From Acidobacteriota bacterium (lineage in GTDB: Bacteria > Acidobacteriota > CAIWXX01), in NCBI GenBank assembly GCA_040755995.1, contig JBFMAF010000034.1:64001-128000 (forward strand): a DNA stretch of 64,000 nucleotides, written 5' to 3'. The translations under genes and the position numbers were made by a program. This document shows positions 19,468 through 28,889 of this stretch, in pieces. The notes beneath the pieces were generated by a model. The model searched no databases. It was not told where the DNA came from and saw nothing but the letters and a program-made list of their open reading frames with translations. The first letter of the stretch is position 1, and every line of letters begins with the position of its first letter.

Positions 19468-19857
19468 TCTGGACCTCAGCCTTTATTCGCATTCTAGTAA
19501 TAACATAAAGATTCAACCAAGGCAACAAGAAAAATGTGAGTTCCGACGAATAACCCTCCCTAACTCGGCCGACTAGCCGCCAGGGAGCCTACCCCTCGGA
19601 AAACCGGCCCATCGCCGCATGTGGCCGCTGGGCGGCCCGCCCTCCGAGGTTCACGGCAGGATCGTGGAGCCGGCGACAGGAGCCCGGGTGACGCCACACC
19701 CTACTGTCTGAATCGCAGGGAAAGCATCCGAGAAAGGGAGAATGGACGGCCAATGCCGTCCAGCTGCCGAGCCTTCCTTGTTCCCATGTGTAATCCCTAG
19801 TTGGCGCCGCCCCTGGGGAACCTGGTACCGATCGATGATGTGCCAGCCTTCCTGTGG

Positions 19858-20098
19858 CGGCGTTCGACACGTTCTTCCTGACGGTGGTCGCGCTGGTGAT
19901 CCTGACAGGTGTCCTCACGGAGGGGGGCGACTTGCATTCACACCGGAGCTGGCCTGTGTGCTCTACGTGGTGCACCTGGGCGTGGTGCTCTGCCTCTTCA
20001 TCACGTTCCCCTACTCCAAGTTCGCGCATATGCTCTACCGTACGCTGGCCATGGTTCACGCCAGAATGGCGGGCATCGCGTCACCGCGCGCCAGGTAG
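19858..20098 (+). pseudogene. qmoC: Diverged, frameshifted 3' fragment of qmoC
   Basis: AFDTFFLTVV..LTE then FTPELAC..PYSKFAHMLYR in a different frame; many third-position differences versus 4055-4294. Confidence 0.9.
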
Positions 20099-20166
20099 AG
20101 CGCTGCTGAGGATGGGACAATCCAACAAGTCTCGCGAGATAATTTCAACGAAAGGGAGGAGTACTC

Positions 20167-21435
20167 ATGAGTAAACTCGTATCGCCGCATGGGAGTGCGG
20201 ATCTGAAGGCTCTTCTGCTTCAAGGCAAGGAAGCGGAGGAGGAGAAGAAGAAGGCTGAGACGCTCAAGAAGGTGCCCATGACCAGCCGGGAAACCTCGGA
20301 CCTGATCATGATGGCCATCGGAGCTTTCACGCCGCTGCCGGGGTTCATGGGCCGGGACGATTGGAAGGGCTGCTGCGAGAGCTACCAGCTGCCGTCCATG
20401 AAGAACCTGTTCTGGCCCATCCCGATCACGCTGTCGGCCGAGCAGGCGCTTGCCGATTCGATCAAGATCGGTGAGGAAGTCGGGCTCTGGGACACGGAGA
20501 CCGAGGCCTACGTCGGGACTATGAAGGTCACCGAGAAGTACGGGATCGACAAGGAGTACGAGTGCAAGCAGGTGTTCCGGACCAACGACAAGGCGCATCC
20601 GGGCGTGCAGAAGGTCATGGAGCAGGCACCCGTCAACCTGGCCGGTCCGATCCGGCCGTTCTCGGAGTCCTACTACCCCGAGATGTTCTCCACCATCTAT
20701 CAGCGCCCCGCGGATGCGAGGAAGCTGTTCCAGGAGCGCGGGTGGAGCACCGTGGCGGCGCTGCAGCTGCGCAACCCGATGCACGGCTCGCACGCATACC
20801 TGGCGTGGATCGCCATCGAAGTCTGCGACGGCGTCTACATCCACCAGCTCGTCGGCAAGCTGAAGCCGGGAGACATACCGGCCGAGGTGCGCGTGAAGGC
20901 GATCGATGCGCTCGTGAACAAGTACTTCCGCAAGGAGCGCGTGATTCAGGGCGGGTACCCGATGGAGATGCGCTATGCCGGACCGCGTGAGGCGCTGTTG
21001 CACGCCGTGTTCCGCCAGAACTACGGCTGCAGCCACCTGATCGTCGGCCGCGACCACGCAGGTGTCGGCGACTACTACGGCCCGTTCGATGCGCAGAAGA
21101 TCTTCCTGGAGATCCCGCACGACGCACTCGAGCTGAAGCCGCTGCCGCTCGACTGGACCTTCTACTGCTACGAGTGCAAAGGCATGGCGTCGATGAAGAC
21201 CTGCCCGCACGAAAGCAAGGCCGTGATCGATGAGAACGGCAACTACAAGGGCGGCGCCAGGCTCCTGCTCTCCGGTACGCTACTTCGCAAGCTGATGAGC
21301 GAAGGCAAGCCGGTGCCCGAGGAGTTCAGCAAGCCCGAGGTCATCGCGATCCTCAACGACTACTACAACAGCCTCGAGAAGAAGGTGGAGATCAAGCTGC
21401 ACGGATTCGCCACCGGCGAAGCCGGCAAGAAGTAA
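20167..21435 (+). CDS. sat: Sulfate adenylyltransferase, copy 2 (full-length, intact)
   Basis: 422 aa, nearly identical to copy 1 with a few substitutions. Confidence 0.95.
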   Translation: MSKLVSPHGSADLKALLLQGKEAEEEKKKAETLKKVPMTSRETSDLIMMAIGAFTPLPGFMGRDDWKGCCESYQLPSMKNLFWPIPITLSAEQALADSIKIGEEVGLWDTETEAYVGTMKVTEKYGIDKEYECKQVFRTNDKAHPGVQKVMEQAPVNLAGPIRPFSESYYPEMFSTIYQRPADARKLFQERGWSTVAALQLRNPMHGSHAYLAWIAIEVCDGVYIHQLVGKLKPGDIPAEVRVKAIDALVNKYFRKERVIQGGYPMEMRYAGPREALLHAVFRQNYGCSHLIVGRDHAGVGDYYGPFDAQKIFLEIPHDALELKPLPLDWTFYCYECKGMASMKTCPHESKAVIDENGNYKGGARLLLSGTLLRKLMSEGKPVPEEFSKPEVIAILNDYYNSLEKKVEIKLHGFATGEAGKK

Positions 21436-21466
21436 TTACCCCCTTTACCCTCGCCTAACTTTCACC

Positions 21467-21498
21467 AACCGGGGCCTCCAGGCCCCGGTTTTTCTTTT
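21467..21498 (+). terminator. Intrinsic terminator after sat copy 2
   Basis: Same hairpin and T-tract as 5669-5700. Confidence 0.85.
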
Positions 21499-21689
21499 CG
21501 GCTCATGAGGTGCCTGACCACAATAGGTCGTGCCCGATGTGTTCAGTGGTCTGGATGCGCTTCTTCTTTCCCCGCCGCATGACGCCCGTGCCTTGCTCGA
21601 GGGAAACGGCGAGGCGGTGAGGGGGAGACGCGGAGAACCGAACACCACCTCTTCACCGCGTGTCCGCGTCGCTGCGACTCCCTCTCTCT

Positions 21690-21826
21690 TCGTTCGTATC
21701 GAAGCTCCGGGAAGGCCGTCTCGCTCGCGGTACCGGGTGCTGAAGCCTGCCGCCTCCAAGCAAGCAGCAAGCTGCTGGGCCAAACCGGAATCCTCTTCAA
21801 CGTGACTCGTGAAAACGTCTGGCATC
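21690..21826 (-). pseudogene. Truncated TIR-domain gene (start of a third cassette)
   Basis: MPDVFTSHVEEDSGLAQQLAACLEAAGFSTRYRERDGLPG resembles the TIR_2 N-terminus; similarity is lost afterwards. Confidence 0.65.
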
Positions 21827-21851
21827 GGATATATCCCGCCGCTCGTTGTAC

Positions 21852-21914
21852 GCCCAACGCCGAGCATCAGCGGCACGAGGTCTTATCCGTGTCCGCTGGA
21901 CGCTCTTGTTCGGC
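21852..21914 (-). repeat. Integron attC site
   Basis: Minus strand GCCGAAC-aagagcgtccagcggac...ccgctgatgctcggc-GTTGGGC; 63-bp imperfect palindrome at a gene 3' end. Confidence 0.85.
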
Positions 21915-22109
21915 ACGTCTTGCCCTGGCGGTCGTGGCTCGGCGGCTTATCTCCTCGATTGTGAGATCCTCGTCGAGGCCCTCTCGCCACTTTGTTTGGT
22001 CAAATGGTTCTCGCTGAATCAGCGCTACGAAACGCTCGGCTTCAATGTCGCCAAGATACCTAGCTAGGACCTGTAGCCCCTTCATACGGATCTCAGTGTC
22101 AGTAATCAT
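21867..22109 (-). CDS. Small antitoxin-like partner of PIN toxin
   Basis: MITDTEIRMKGLQVL..EAERFVALIQREPFD; ATGA-coupled to the PIN gene; reads into attC. Confidence 0.65.
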   Translation of the reverse strand: MITDTEIRMKGLQVLARYLGDIEAERFVALIQREPFDQTKWREGLDEDLTIEEISRRATTARARRAEQERPADTDKTSCR

Positions 22110-22562
22110 AGCCTGCGCTCCTTGATAAACAGTATCGGGTCCGCGATGTTGATTGCCGTCACCCGAGGCTTGCATTTCAATATTCTGTCATCGGTTGTGA
22201 TGAAGTACTCGCATCCAGCGGCGATTGCGCAGGCCAGGTGCAAGGAATCGATCTTCGGAAGGCCCTCTTCATGCAGACTGCTCGCGTTCGCGAGCAGCTC
22301 GGGGCTCTCCTGGACCTCCAATTCAGCGCAGGCCCTCCAGACGCTAATCCGGCTCTTGCGTTCCGGATACGGGTTCCTGTCGTTCTCGTAATCCAGAATA
22401 TAAGACCAAACCCGGGATGCTTGTGACAAGCTGGTAATCCTTGCTGTGTTTATCCCACCAGTCCCGCGTCCATTTCGTGCGCGCGGCCATTTCCGGTTCG
22501 CTGCGGGTCTCGTAGTAGAAGCTCGGTATCGTCGTTTCGATGTAGACAAGCTGCTTCAGCAC
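22106..22562 (-). pseudogene. Broken, probably chimeric PIN-domain toxin
   Basis: 5' part VYIETTIPSFYYE in one frame; 3' part WSYILDYEN..DSLHLACAI..FITTDD in another. Confidence 0.7.
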
Positions 22563-22716
22563 AAATCAGCCGCTGGCATTGAAAATCCGGTCAATCCGTC
22601 ACGCAACACTCGGGTGATACGGTTCGGCTCTTCTGCTTCCACCATAGCACCTCCTCTTGCGATGTAGTACATCCCGCGGTTTCATCGATGTCATGCTCTG
22701 CAAGTCAACCGGCCCG

Positions 22717-22780
22717 GCCCAACACCCCAGATCAGCGGCGGGCCGCGCAGCGGACCGTCCGCTGCAACCGGTTGTTAGGC
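22717..22780 (-). repeat. Integron attC site
   Basis: Minus strand GCCTAAC-aaccggttgcagcggac...ccgctgatctggggt-GTTGGGC; the upstream gene's TAA lies inside GCCTAAC. Confidence 0.9.
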
Positions 22781-23453
22781 CGGAGGCTCCTCGCGCTCGA
22801 ACCTCGCGAGTTCGGCGAGGTGCCCGGCCGCCGATCGCAGTGCCCGACCCGAGAGGGCGTCCACCAACCGGCGGGCCCGTGGCCCGAGGTCAGGGCGCTC
22901 GACGTACCTGCGCGACAACAGGTGCCCGAGCGCGAGGAACGCCAGCCCGAAGACGACGTTCGCGATGAGCCAGGCAAGATCGATGCGGGCGAGCGCATCA
23001 ACGCCGGTCAGCGCCTCGAACAGAACCAGACCTGCGGGGAGCCAGGCTACCACGCCTCCGATCACTGCCCACTTGAGTGCACGGTACTCCACGAGCCTAG
23101 TGTGCTCGAGCTCGCGCTGGATCTCCATTACCGGTGCGCCGTAGTCGAGCTTGAGGCTGTTGACCAACAGGTAGGTGCACAGCGCGGTGATCGCGCCGGT
23201 GAGCACGGCAAGCGCGCCACCCACGATGGCGTAGCGCGGCTCGGTTACGTGAGCGGCGAGGACCGACATCGCGACGACGAGCATGGTGATGCCGAGCGCC
23301 ACCTCCAGCGCCCTCCACAGGACGTAGGGCGCGAGGGCGAAGCGGACCTTGCGCAGCAGCGCTTCGCGCAGAAGCCGCTGGTCGATGGCGACGCTCCGCT
23401 CCAGCATGGTGCCGTGCGCGGCCCAGGCTTCTTTCAAATCATCGAACTGCATG
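22775..23453 (-). CDS. Membrane protein, putative anti-sigma factor
   Basis: MQFDDLKEAW N-terminus, about 4 transmembrane segments, overlaps the ECF sigma gene. Confidence 0.7.
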
Positions 23454-23957
23454 TGATCCTCCCGTGTTGCTCGCGCGCTGGTCCAACGCGACGCGCAGCT
23501 TGTTTTTGATGCGCAATAGTTTCGTGCCGACGTTTGACACGGAGATGCCGAGCACTTCCGCGATCGACGCGTGGTCGGTCCCGTCGAGGTAGAGAAGGAC
23601 GAGCGCCTTATCGAGCGCGCCCAGATCGTCGATGCAGCGCAAGAGGAGTTGGACATCCTCGTTGGGCTCGACGCAAGCTGCCGCGATGGTGATCGCGTGG
23701 GCGTCGAGCGACAGGTGCCCCTCCCGATGCCGCCGTCCACGGCGGTAAAACGAGATCGCGACGTTGAGCGCGATGCGATAGACCCACGTCGTCTCCTTGT
23801 AGCGCTCGTCGTACCGGTGGCGGTAGCGCCAAAGTTGCAGGGCGACCTCCTGAAAGACGTCCTCGCGGTCCGTCACGTCCCGGCAATAGGCGTAGGCGAT
23901 CTTGTGGATCAGCCGGGCGTGCCGCCGGATCAGGTCGGTGAACTCTTGGGCTTCCAT
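23439..23957 (-). CDS. ECF sigma-70 factor
   Basis: EDVFQEVALQLW, TWVYRIALNVA, IAEVLGISVSNVGTKLLR. Confidence 0.92.
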   Translation of the reverse strand: MEAQEFTDLIRRHARLIHKIAYAYCRDVTDREDVFQEVALQLWRYRHRYDERYKETTWVYRIALNVAISFYRRGRRHREGHLSLDAHAITIAAACVEPNEDVQLLLRCIDDLGALDKALVLLYLDGTDHASIAEVLGISVSNVGTKLLRIKNKLRVALDQRASNTGGSHAVR

Positions 23958-24100
23958 CGGGGGTATTATTCGCAGGCGCCCCTCGCCAGATCACAGGCTC
24001 AGTCGTTCTTTCTTCCGGCGCCCCGACGCAGGGGGCTGCTGAGCCCCGCCGCCTCCACGGACGGCCTGAAGAGAGCCCGCCTGCGCCGATCCCGCTATCG

Positions 24101-24135
24101 GCCTAACAATAATTAGACTGATCCGCATAAGATGC
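24101..24135 (-). other. Probable integron attI site
   Basis: Minus strand CTTATGCGGATCAGTCTAATTATT-GTTAGGC at the head of the array; AT-rich; no attC hairpin. Confidence 0.6.
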
Positions 24136-24675
24136 GGAACTACGCTTCCCTGCCTTGATAGCGCGTCGCTGATTCATCCGGCAGAATCGCGATAAGTCCT
24201 TCTGTTTCAGTCATTTGTGCCCCATGCTTTGGAATATCCTCCGTTCTTATGCGGATCGGCATAAGAACCTCCTCGTTGCCTCAAAGTCCGTCAACCGGGC
24301 TGCGTAGGCCCCTGAGTTCCCCGTCACGCGGGGTGGCCGCTTCCTGGGGCGCCCGCCCGGGTTGCGCCGCGCGATGGCCCACCGAGTTCACCGGACGAAG
24401 CGAAGGGGCCACCTCAACCGGTTCGCCAGTGACGACGTCGACCGGGCATCCCCTCGGTGTCCGGCACTGTACGATGCTTCTCTTCGGGATGCCAGCGCCG
24501 ATCAGGGGTAGTCTTGATCTTCGCCACTCGTTGCGGCTCATATGGCACGATCACTCTCAACCGCCCCCTGCGTCCTGGATCAACTACTACAGCGCTAATC
24601 GCTGCGAACTCCCTCCATTCTGAACCGAGACGACGAATGTGTCAACAAGGCTTGCGCGTGCGCGTGCGCGCACCC

Positions 24676-25035
24676 ACCACGGCCCGTTCGATTCGCAGAA
24701 GATCTTCCTCGTGATCCGGCACGGCGCTCGAGCTCAAGCCGCTGCCACTGGACTGCACATTCTACTGCTACGAGTGCAAGGGCATGGCGGCGAGGAAGAC
24801 CTGCCCGCACGAGAGCAACGCGGTGATCGACGAGAACGGCAACTACAAGGGCGGCGCCAGACTCCTGCTCTCCGGCACGCTGCTCCGCAAGCTGATGAGC
24901 GAAGGCAAGCCGGTGCCCGAGGAGTTCAGTAAGCCCGAGGTCATCGCGATCCTGAACGACTACTACGACAGCATCGAGAAGAAGGTGGAGATCAAGCTCC
25001 ACGGTCACGCCACAGGCGCCGCCGAGAAGAAATAG
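24676..25035 (+). pseudogene. sat: sat 3' fragment, copy 3 (frameshifted)
   Basis: Matches copy 1 from about 5276 to the stop, with indels and substitutions. Confidence 0.92.
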
Positions 25036-25065
25036 CCACCCTCTATACCCTTGCTACGCTTCACC

Positions 25066-25098
25066 AACCGGGGCCTCCGGGCGCCGGTTTTTCCTTTC
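25066..25098 (+). terminator. Degenerate copy of the sat terminator
   Basis: AACCGGGGCCTCCGGGCGCCGGTTTTTCCTTT. Confidence 0.7.
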
Positions 25099-25111
25099 GG
25101 TAGCAAAGTTC

Positions 25112-25157
25112 TTGACATCATACCCATTATGGGGTGTATCATTCCCAATATGGGAAT
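25112..25157 (+). promoter_or_regulatory. Promoter with palindromic operators for the MNT-HEPN pair
   Basis: TTGACA at 25112, TATCAT at 25137 (19-bp spacer); palindromes CCCATTATGGG and ATTCCCAATATGGGAAT. Confidence 0.55.
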
Positions 25158-25755
25158 GAGCAGGTCATCGGTGGGGATCGCTGACGCATTGTTCACCAAG
25201 GTGCAGCAGCGTGTGCTTGGGGTTCTCTTGGGAAATCCTGGCCGGACTTTCTACGCCAACGAGATCATCGCGCTCGCCGGGTGCGGCACCGGCGCGGTCC
25301 AGCGGGAGCTGGCCCGCCTTGCAGCGGCGAAGCTGGTGACGGTCACCCGCGTTGGCAATCAGAAGCACTACCAGGCAAACGCTGCCGCGCCTGTCTTCGA
25401 GGAGTTGCGCGGCCTGGTGCTGAAGACCTCCGGGCTAGCTGATGTGCTTGGTGCTGCGTTGGCACCGCTGGCGACGCAGATCAGTGCTGCTTTCGTCTAC
25501 GGCTCGGTGGCCAAGGGGCAGGACACGGCAGTGAGCGACATCGATCTGATGGTGCTGAGCGACACTTTGGCCTACGCCGATCTCTTTGTCGCCCTCGAAG
25601 GGGCCGCGAAACGGCTCTGTCGCCAGGTGAATCCGACGGTGTACTCTCGGCAAGAACTCGGCAATCGGATTCAACAGGGCAATTCCTTTGTCACACGGGT
25701 CCTGGCGCAACCCAGGCTCTGGTTGATCGGTGGGGAACGTGATCTCGGCGCTTGA
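25150..25755 (+). CDS. HTH-fused minimal nucleotidyltransferase (MNT) antitoxin
   Basis: N-terminal wHTH (GAVQRELARL), YGSVAKG..SDIDLMV. Confidence 0.85.
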   Translation: MGMSRSSVGIADALFTKVQQRVLGVLLGNPGRTFYANEIIALAGCGTGAVQRELARLAAAKLVTVTRVGNQKHYQANAAAPVFEELRGLVLKTSGLADVLGAALAPLATQISAAFVYGSVAKGQDTAVSDIDLMVLSDTLAYADLFVALEGAAKRLCRQVNPTVYSRQELGNRIQQGNSFVTRVLAQPRLWLIGGERDLGA

Positions 25756-26167
25756 GAACCTGTGCGGCCCAGGGAAACCGCTCAAGAAGGAACCGCCTGA
25801 TACCCAGGAATATCAGGGCCTGAGGCGGTCCGGATTGGTACGGCTTGCCGACGCCGGCAACACCGCCAACTCGCTCGAGAGCCGCTTCGACCTGGGCTAC
25901 AACGCGGCGCATTCCCTATGCTTGGCGGCGTTGCGCCGTCACGGCTATCGGGCGGTCAACCGATACGTCGTCTTTCAGGTGTTGCCGCACACTCTGGGCC
26001 TGGGGCCGGAGGTATGGCGCGTCCTGGCCAAGTGCCATGACCTCCGGAATCTCGGCGAGTACGAGGGCGACCTCGGGGTCGATGGGCGAATCGTAACCGG
26101 CCTGATCGCCGCCTGTCAGGCAGTGGCCGCCAGGCTGGACGCGCTGGGACCGCCGAGCCAACCGTGA
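25730..26167 (+). CDS. HEPN-like toxin
   Basis: RFDLGYNAAH, HDLRNLGEYEG; overlaps the MNT gene. Confidence 0.75.
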   Translation: MGNVISALENLCGPGKPLKKEPPDTQEYQGLRRSGLVRLADAGNTANSLESRFDLGYNAAHSLCLAALRRHGYRAVNRYVVFQVLPHTLGLGPEVWRVLAKCHDLRNLGEYEGDLGVDGRIVTGLIAACQAVAARLDALGPPSQP

Positions 26168-26425
26168 CCGCCGTTGGCCAGATCGAAATGCTGACGCAGC
26201 AGCGGGTGGTGGCGCTGTCAAGCGACTCGGCGGGCTAGGCAGATTCCTTGGGACTGTCTTGCCGCAACGGCGTCGCCGGGCCTGTCTTTGGGCCGTAGCA
26301 CTGCCGCCGCCCTTTATGCCGAGCTTCGCGAATAGATCTACGTGCGGTATCTCTGAGTACTGCGGCAGCAGGCCGCGCCCGCGGGCCTGATCGAGCATGG
26401 CGAGTATCTCGCCGAACTGCAGTTT

Positions 26426-27213
26426 CGATCCGGCCATTCTCGGAGCCCTACTACCCCGAGATGTTCGCGAGCATCTACCGGAGGCCTGCTGACGCGAGGA
26501 AACTCTTCCAGGAGCGCGGGTGGAGCACCGTGGCGCCCCTGCAGCTGCGCAACCCGATGCACGGCTCGCACGCATACCTGGCGTGGATCGCCATCGAAGT
26601 CTGCGACGGCGTCTACATTCAACAGCTCGTGGGCAAGCTGAAGCCGGGAGACATCCTGGCCGAAGTGCGCGTGAAGGCGATCGATGCGCTCGTGAACAAG
26701 TACCTCCGCAAGGAGCGCGTGATCCAGCGCGGGTACCCGATGGAGATGAGGTATGCCGGACCGCGTGAGGCGCTGGTGCACGCGGTGTTTCGCCAGAACT
26801 ACGGTTGCAGCCACCTGATCGTCGGCCGCGACCACGCGGGTGTCGGCGACTACTACGGCCCGTTCGATGCGCAGAAGATCTTCCTGGAGATCCCGCACGG
26901 CGCGCTCGAGCACAAGCCGCTGCCCCTCAATTGGACCTTCTACTGCTGCGAGTGCAAGGGTATGGCGTCGATGAAGACCTGCCCGCGCCAGAGCAAGGCC
27001 GTTATCGATGAGAACGGCAACTACAAGGGCGGCGCCAAGCTGCTGCTTTCCGGCACGTTGCTCCGGAAGCTCGTGAGCGAAGGGAAGCCGGTGCCCGAGG
27101 AGTTCAGCAAGCCCGAGGTCATCGCGATCCTGAACGACTACTACAACAGCATCGAGAAGAAGGTGGAGATCAAGCTGCACGGATTCGCCACCGGCGACGC
27201 CGGCAAGAAGTAA
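26426..27213 (+). pseudogene. sat: sat 3' fragment, copy 4
   Basis: Matches copy 1 from about 4850; lacks the first ~160 codons; missense changes at conserved sites (HQL>QQL, QGG>QRG, CPH>CPR). Confidence 0.92.
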
Positions 27214-27244
27214 CACCCCCTCATGCCCTAGCTACACATTCGCC

Positions 27245-27274
27245 AACCGGGGCCCCGGACCCCGGTTCTTTCTT
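27245..27274 (+). terminator. Degenerate copy of the sat terminator
   Basis: AACCGGGGCCCCGGACCCCGGTTCTTTCTT. Confidence 0.65.
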
Positions 27275-27324
27275 GGCCCTGCCGGATGGTCGACGCTTCG
27301 ATGGCGTGCACCTCTTCAGCGCGC

Positions 27325-27392
27325 GCCGGAACAAGATACTCCTAGCACGCAGGTCACTCACCCTGCCGCATAGCTGCATGGACGCGCTCGGC
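27325..27392 (-). repeat. Degenerate attC-like site
   Basis: Minus strand GCCGAGC-gcgtccatgcagc...tctt-GTTCCGGC just after the PemK gene stop. Confidence 0.4.
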
Positions 27393-27396
27393 CCAC

Positions 27397-27744
27397 TCAC
27401 TGAGGTTCGCATTTCGATTGGATGACGTGGCCGATCGCCTTCACGATTCTCCGAAAGGCTGGACTATCCAAGGTCCCCCTTGGACCGGAGGAGAAATCGA
27501 TCTGCTCTTTGTCGATGGAGAAAATGTTCTCGCACTGCGCCACGCAGTCCACTGTGAAACCAAACTCCCCCGGTTGGAATGGAACACAGCTCGGCAGTTT
27601 GCTCCTCGCGGGAAATCGGGAGGAGGTGCACGGTACCACGAATACGTAGCGGCCGCGGTTCAACTCCTCGCGGGATACGATGATCACTGGATGTGGACCC
27701 GCCGGGCCGAAGTCCGCGGTGTAGATCTGGCCGGGCCGGATCAC
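27397..27744 (-). CDS. PemK/MazF-family toxin
   Basis: GQIYTADF..HPVIIVSREELN..VVPCTS..AQCENIFSIDK. Confidence 0.85.
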   Translation of the reverse strand: MIRPGQIYTADFGPAGPHPVIIVSREELNRGRYVFVVPCTSSRFPARSKLPSCVPFQPGEFGFTVDCVAQCENIFSIDKEQIDFSSGPRGTLDSPAFRRIVKAIGHVIQSKCEPQ

Positions 27745-27959
27745 GGAATCTCATCCAGGCGACCCGCGGCGTTGCGCAAAGCAGTGGAATGGATGATCTG
27801 TTCGCGTCGTTCGTCCTCGAACAACGCCCGCATCGCCTCATACTCGTCCTCCGGAACAAGGACATAAGCAGTGTCAGTGCGGGGATCGACCACACGTTGG
27901 GGGTGCTTGTCCTCCCTGTCTAGTGCCTGCTGCTGGTCGGAAGTCAGTGTGATACTCAT
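27741..27959 (-). CDS. Putative antitoxin
   Basis: 72 aa, coupled upstream of the toxin, YVLVPEDEYE. Confidence 0.7.
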   Translation of the reverse strand: MSITLTSDQQQALDREDKHPQRVVDPRTDTAYVLVPEDEYEAMRALFEDERREQIIHSTALRNAAGRLDEIP

Positions 27960-28022
27960 CGCGTATCAAACCTTCGTGCACATTCTACCATCGCGCGATG
28001 GGGTCGGCCATAAAATAGAATC

Positions 28023-28655
28023 TCATCGTTTCTGGAATTCCCTCTCGCACTTCTTCCCTTCGAATTTCCAGGTCTTCGCTATCTCGTCACGAATACTGCA
28101 ACTCGTCTCGTATGTCTCTGGTGAGGCACACAGCGTTATTTCACATATGGAGCCGCCATTGTCTATTGCAATGATGCTGTCTTCCCAGAACAACGTACCC
28201 GTGTCATTACACCTGTACAGGACCACCAGGTGCTTAGCTTTGAGGTCTCCAAGTACGGTGTCCGCAACATCCTTCTTGAGCACTGATGCATTCTCTTCTT
28301 CCAACCACCGAAGGCGCAGAGCCACGACCTGGTTAAGGGAACCGGGGATGTCTTGCGGGTCATCAAGTATTGCTCCGTAGTCGCCCTGAACCAACAGGTA
28401 GTCTGTACCCGCCTCGTTGGGTAATATGGCTCCAAAGCCATGATGAGACGAGGACCGCGAACTATCCCTGCCGAGAACCCCGTTCGGAATCGTGACAGAA
28501 GAGCAGTGATCCGGATGAAAATAGTATCCTGAAAAGATCACTTGGTTGTCACTCAGGAAGCCTGCAACGAAGCCCGACCGGTCACAATCTCCTGCAATAG
28601 ACGGCACTGCACATGCAAGGATCGAGACCGCGGTCAGGAAGGTTTTCCTCTTCAT
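28023..28655 (-). CDS. Hypothetical secreted protein
   Basis: RBS GGAGG, signal peptide MKRKTFLTAVSILACAVPSIA, Cys-rich, lower GC. Confidence 0.6.
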   Translation of the reverse strand: MKRKTFLTAVSILACAVPSIAGDCDRSGFVAGFLSDNQVIFSGYYFHPDHCSSVTIPNGVLGRDSSRSSSHHGFGAILPNEAGTDYLLVQGDYGAILDDPQDIPGSLNQVVALRLRWLEEENASVLKKDVADTVLGDLKAKHLVVLYRCNDTGTLFWEDSIIAIDNGGSICEITLCASPETYETSCSIRDEIAKTWKFEGKKCEREFQKR

Positions 28656-28727
28656 GGCACGTCCTCCCCATCGACGAGGTAGATCTAGGGCAGAACCAGC
28701 CGGGCGTAAAGGAGCGTCAGACGACAA

Positions 28728-28789
28728 GCCGGACGCTAGACATCGGTGGCGGCGCGCAACGGGGGCTCCGCTGCATGCGGATGTCCGGC
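28728..28789 (-). repeat. Degenerate attC-like site
   Basis: Minus strand GCCGGAC-atccgcatgcagcggag...ccaccgatgtctagc-GTCCGGC, 62 bp, same architecture as the other attCs. Confidence 0.55.
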
Positions 28790-28889
28790 GGCTTCTCCAG
28801 GATTCGCTCCGAGCTCCCATTCGTATACCCGCTCACCGTATCTACGTAGTTGCCACGTGCCTCAAGGCAATCCCTTGTGGGACCAGAAT

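Larger units (their letters stand above)
17343..19576 (-). mobile_element. Two-gene IS element (DDE, IS4-superfamily-like); boundaries tentative
   Basis: CTAG at both ends (17343, 19573) with imperfect inverted repeats CTAGTAGAGCCAGAGGGGGAG / CTAGTCGGCCGAGTTAGGGAG. Confidence 0.6.

Noticed and set aside
5704..19857. Prophage or ICE interpretation of the island
   Set aside because: No integrase, structural phage genes or conjugation genes were seen
26290..26425. Short minus-strand coding-like fragment next to sat copy 4
   Set aside because: Too short to assign a family by eye
24676..27213. sat repeats as a diversity-generating retroelement template/variable pair
   Set aside because: No reverse transcriptase in the window, and mismatches are not restricted to adenines
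26461..27213. 250-aa ORF as a functional short Sat
   Set aside because: Homology starts mid-gene upstream of this ATG, there is no RBS, and conserved residues are mutated
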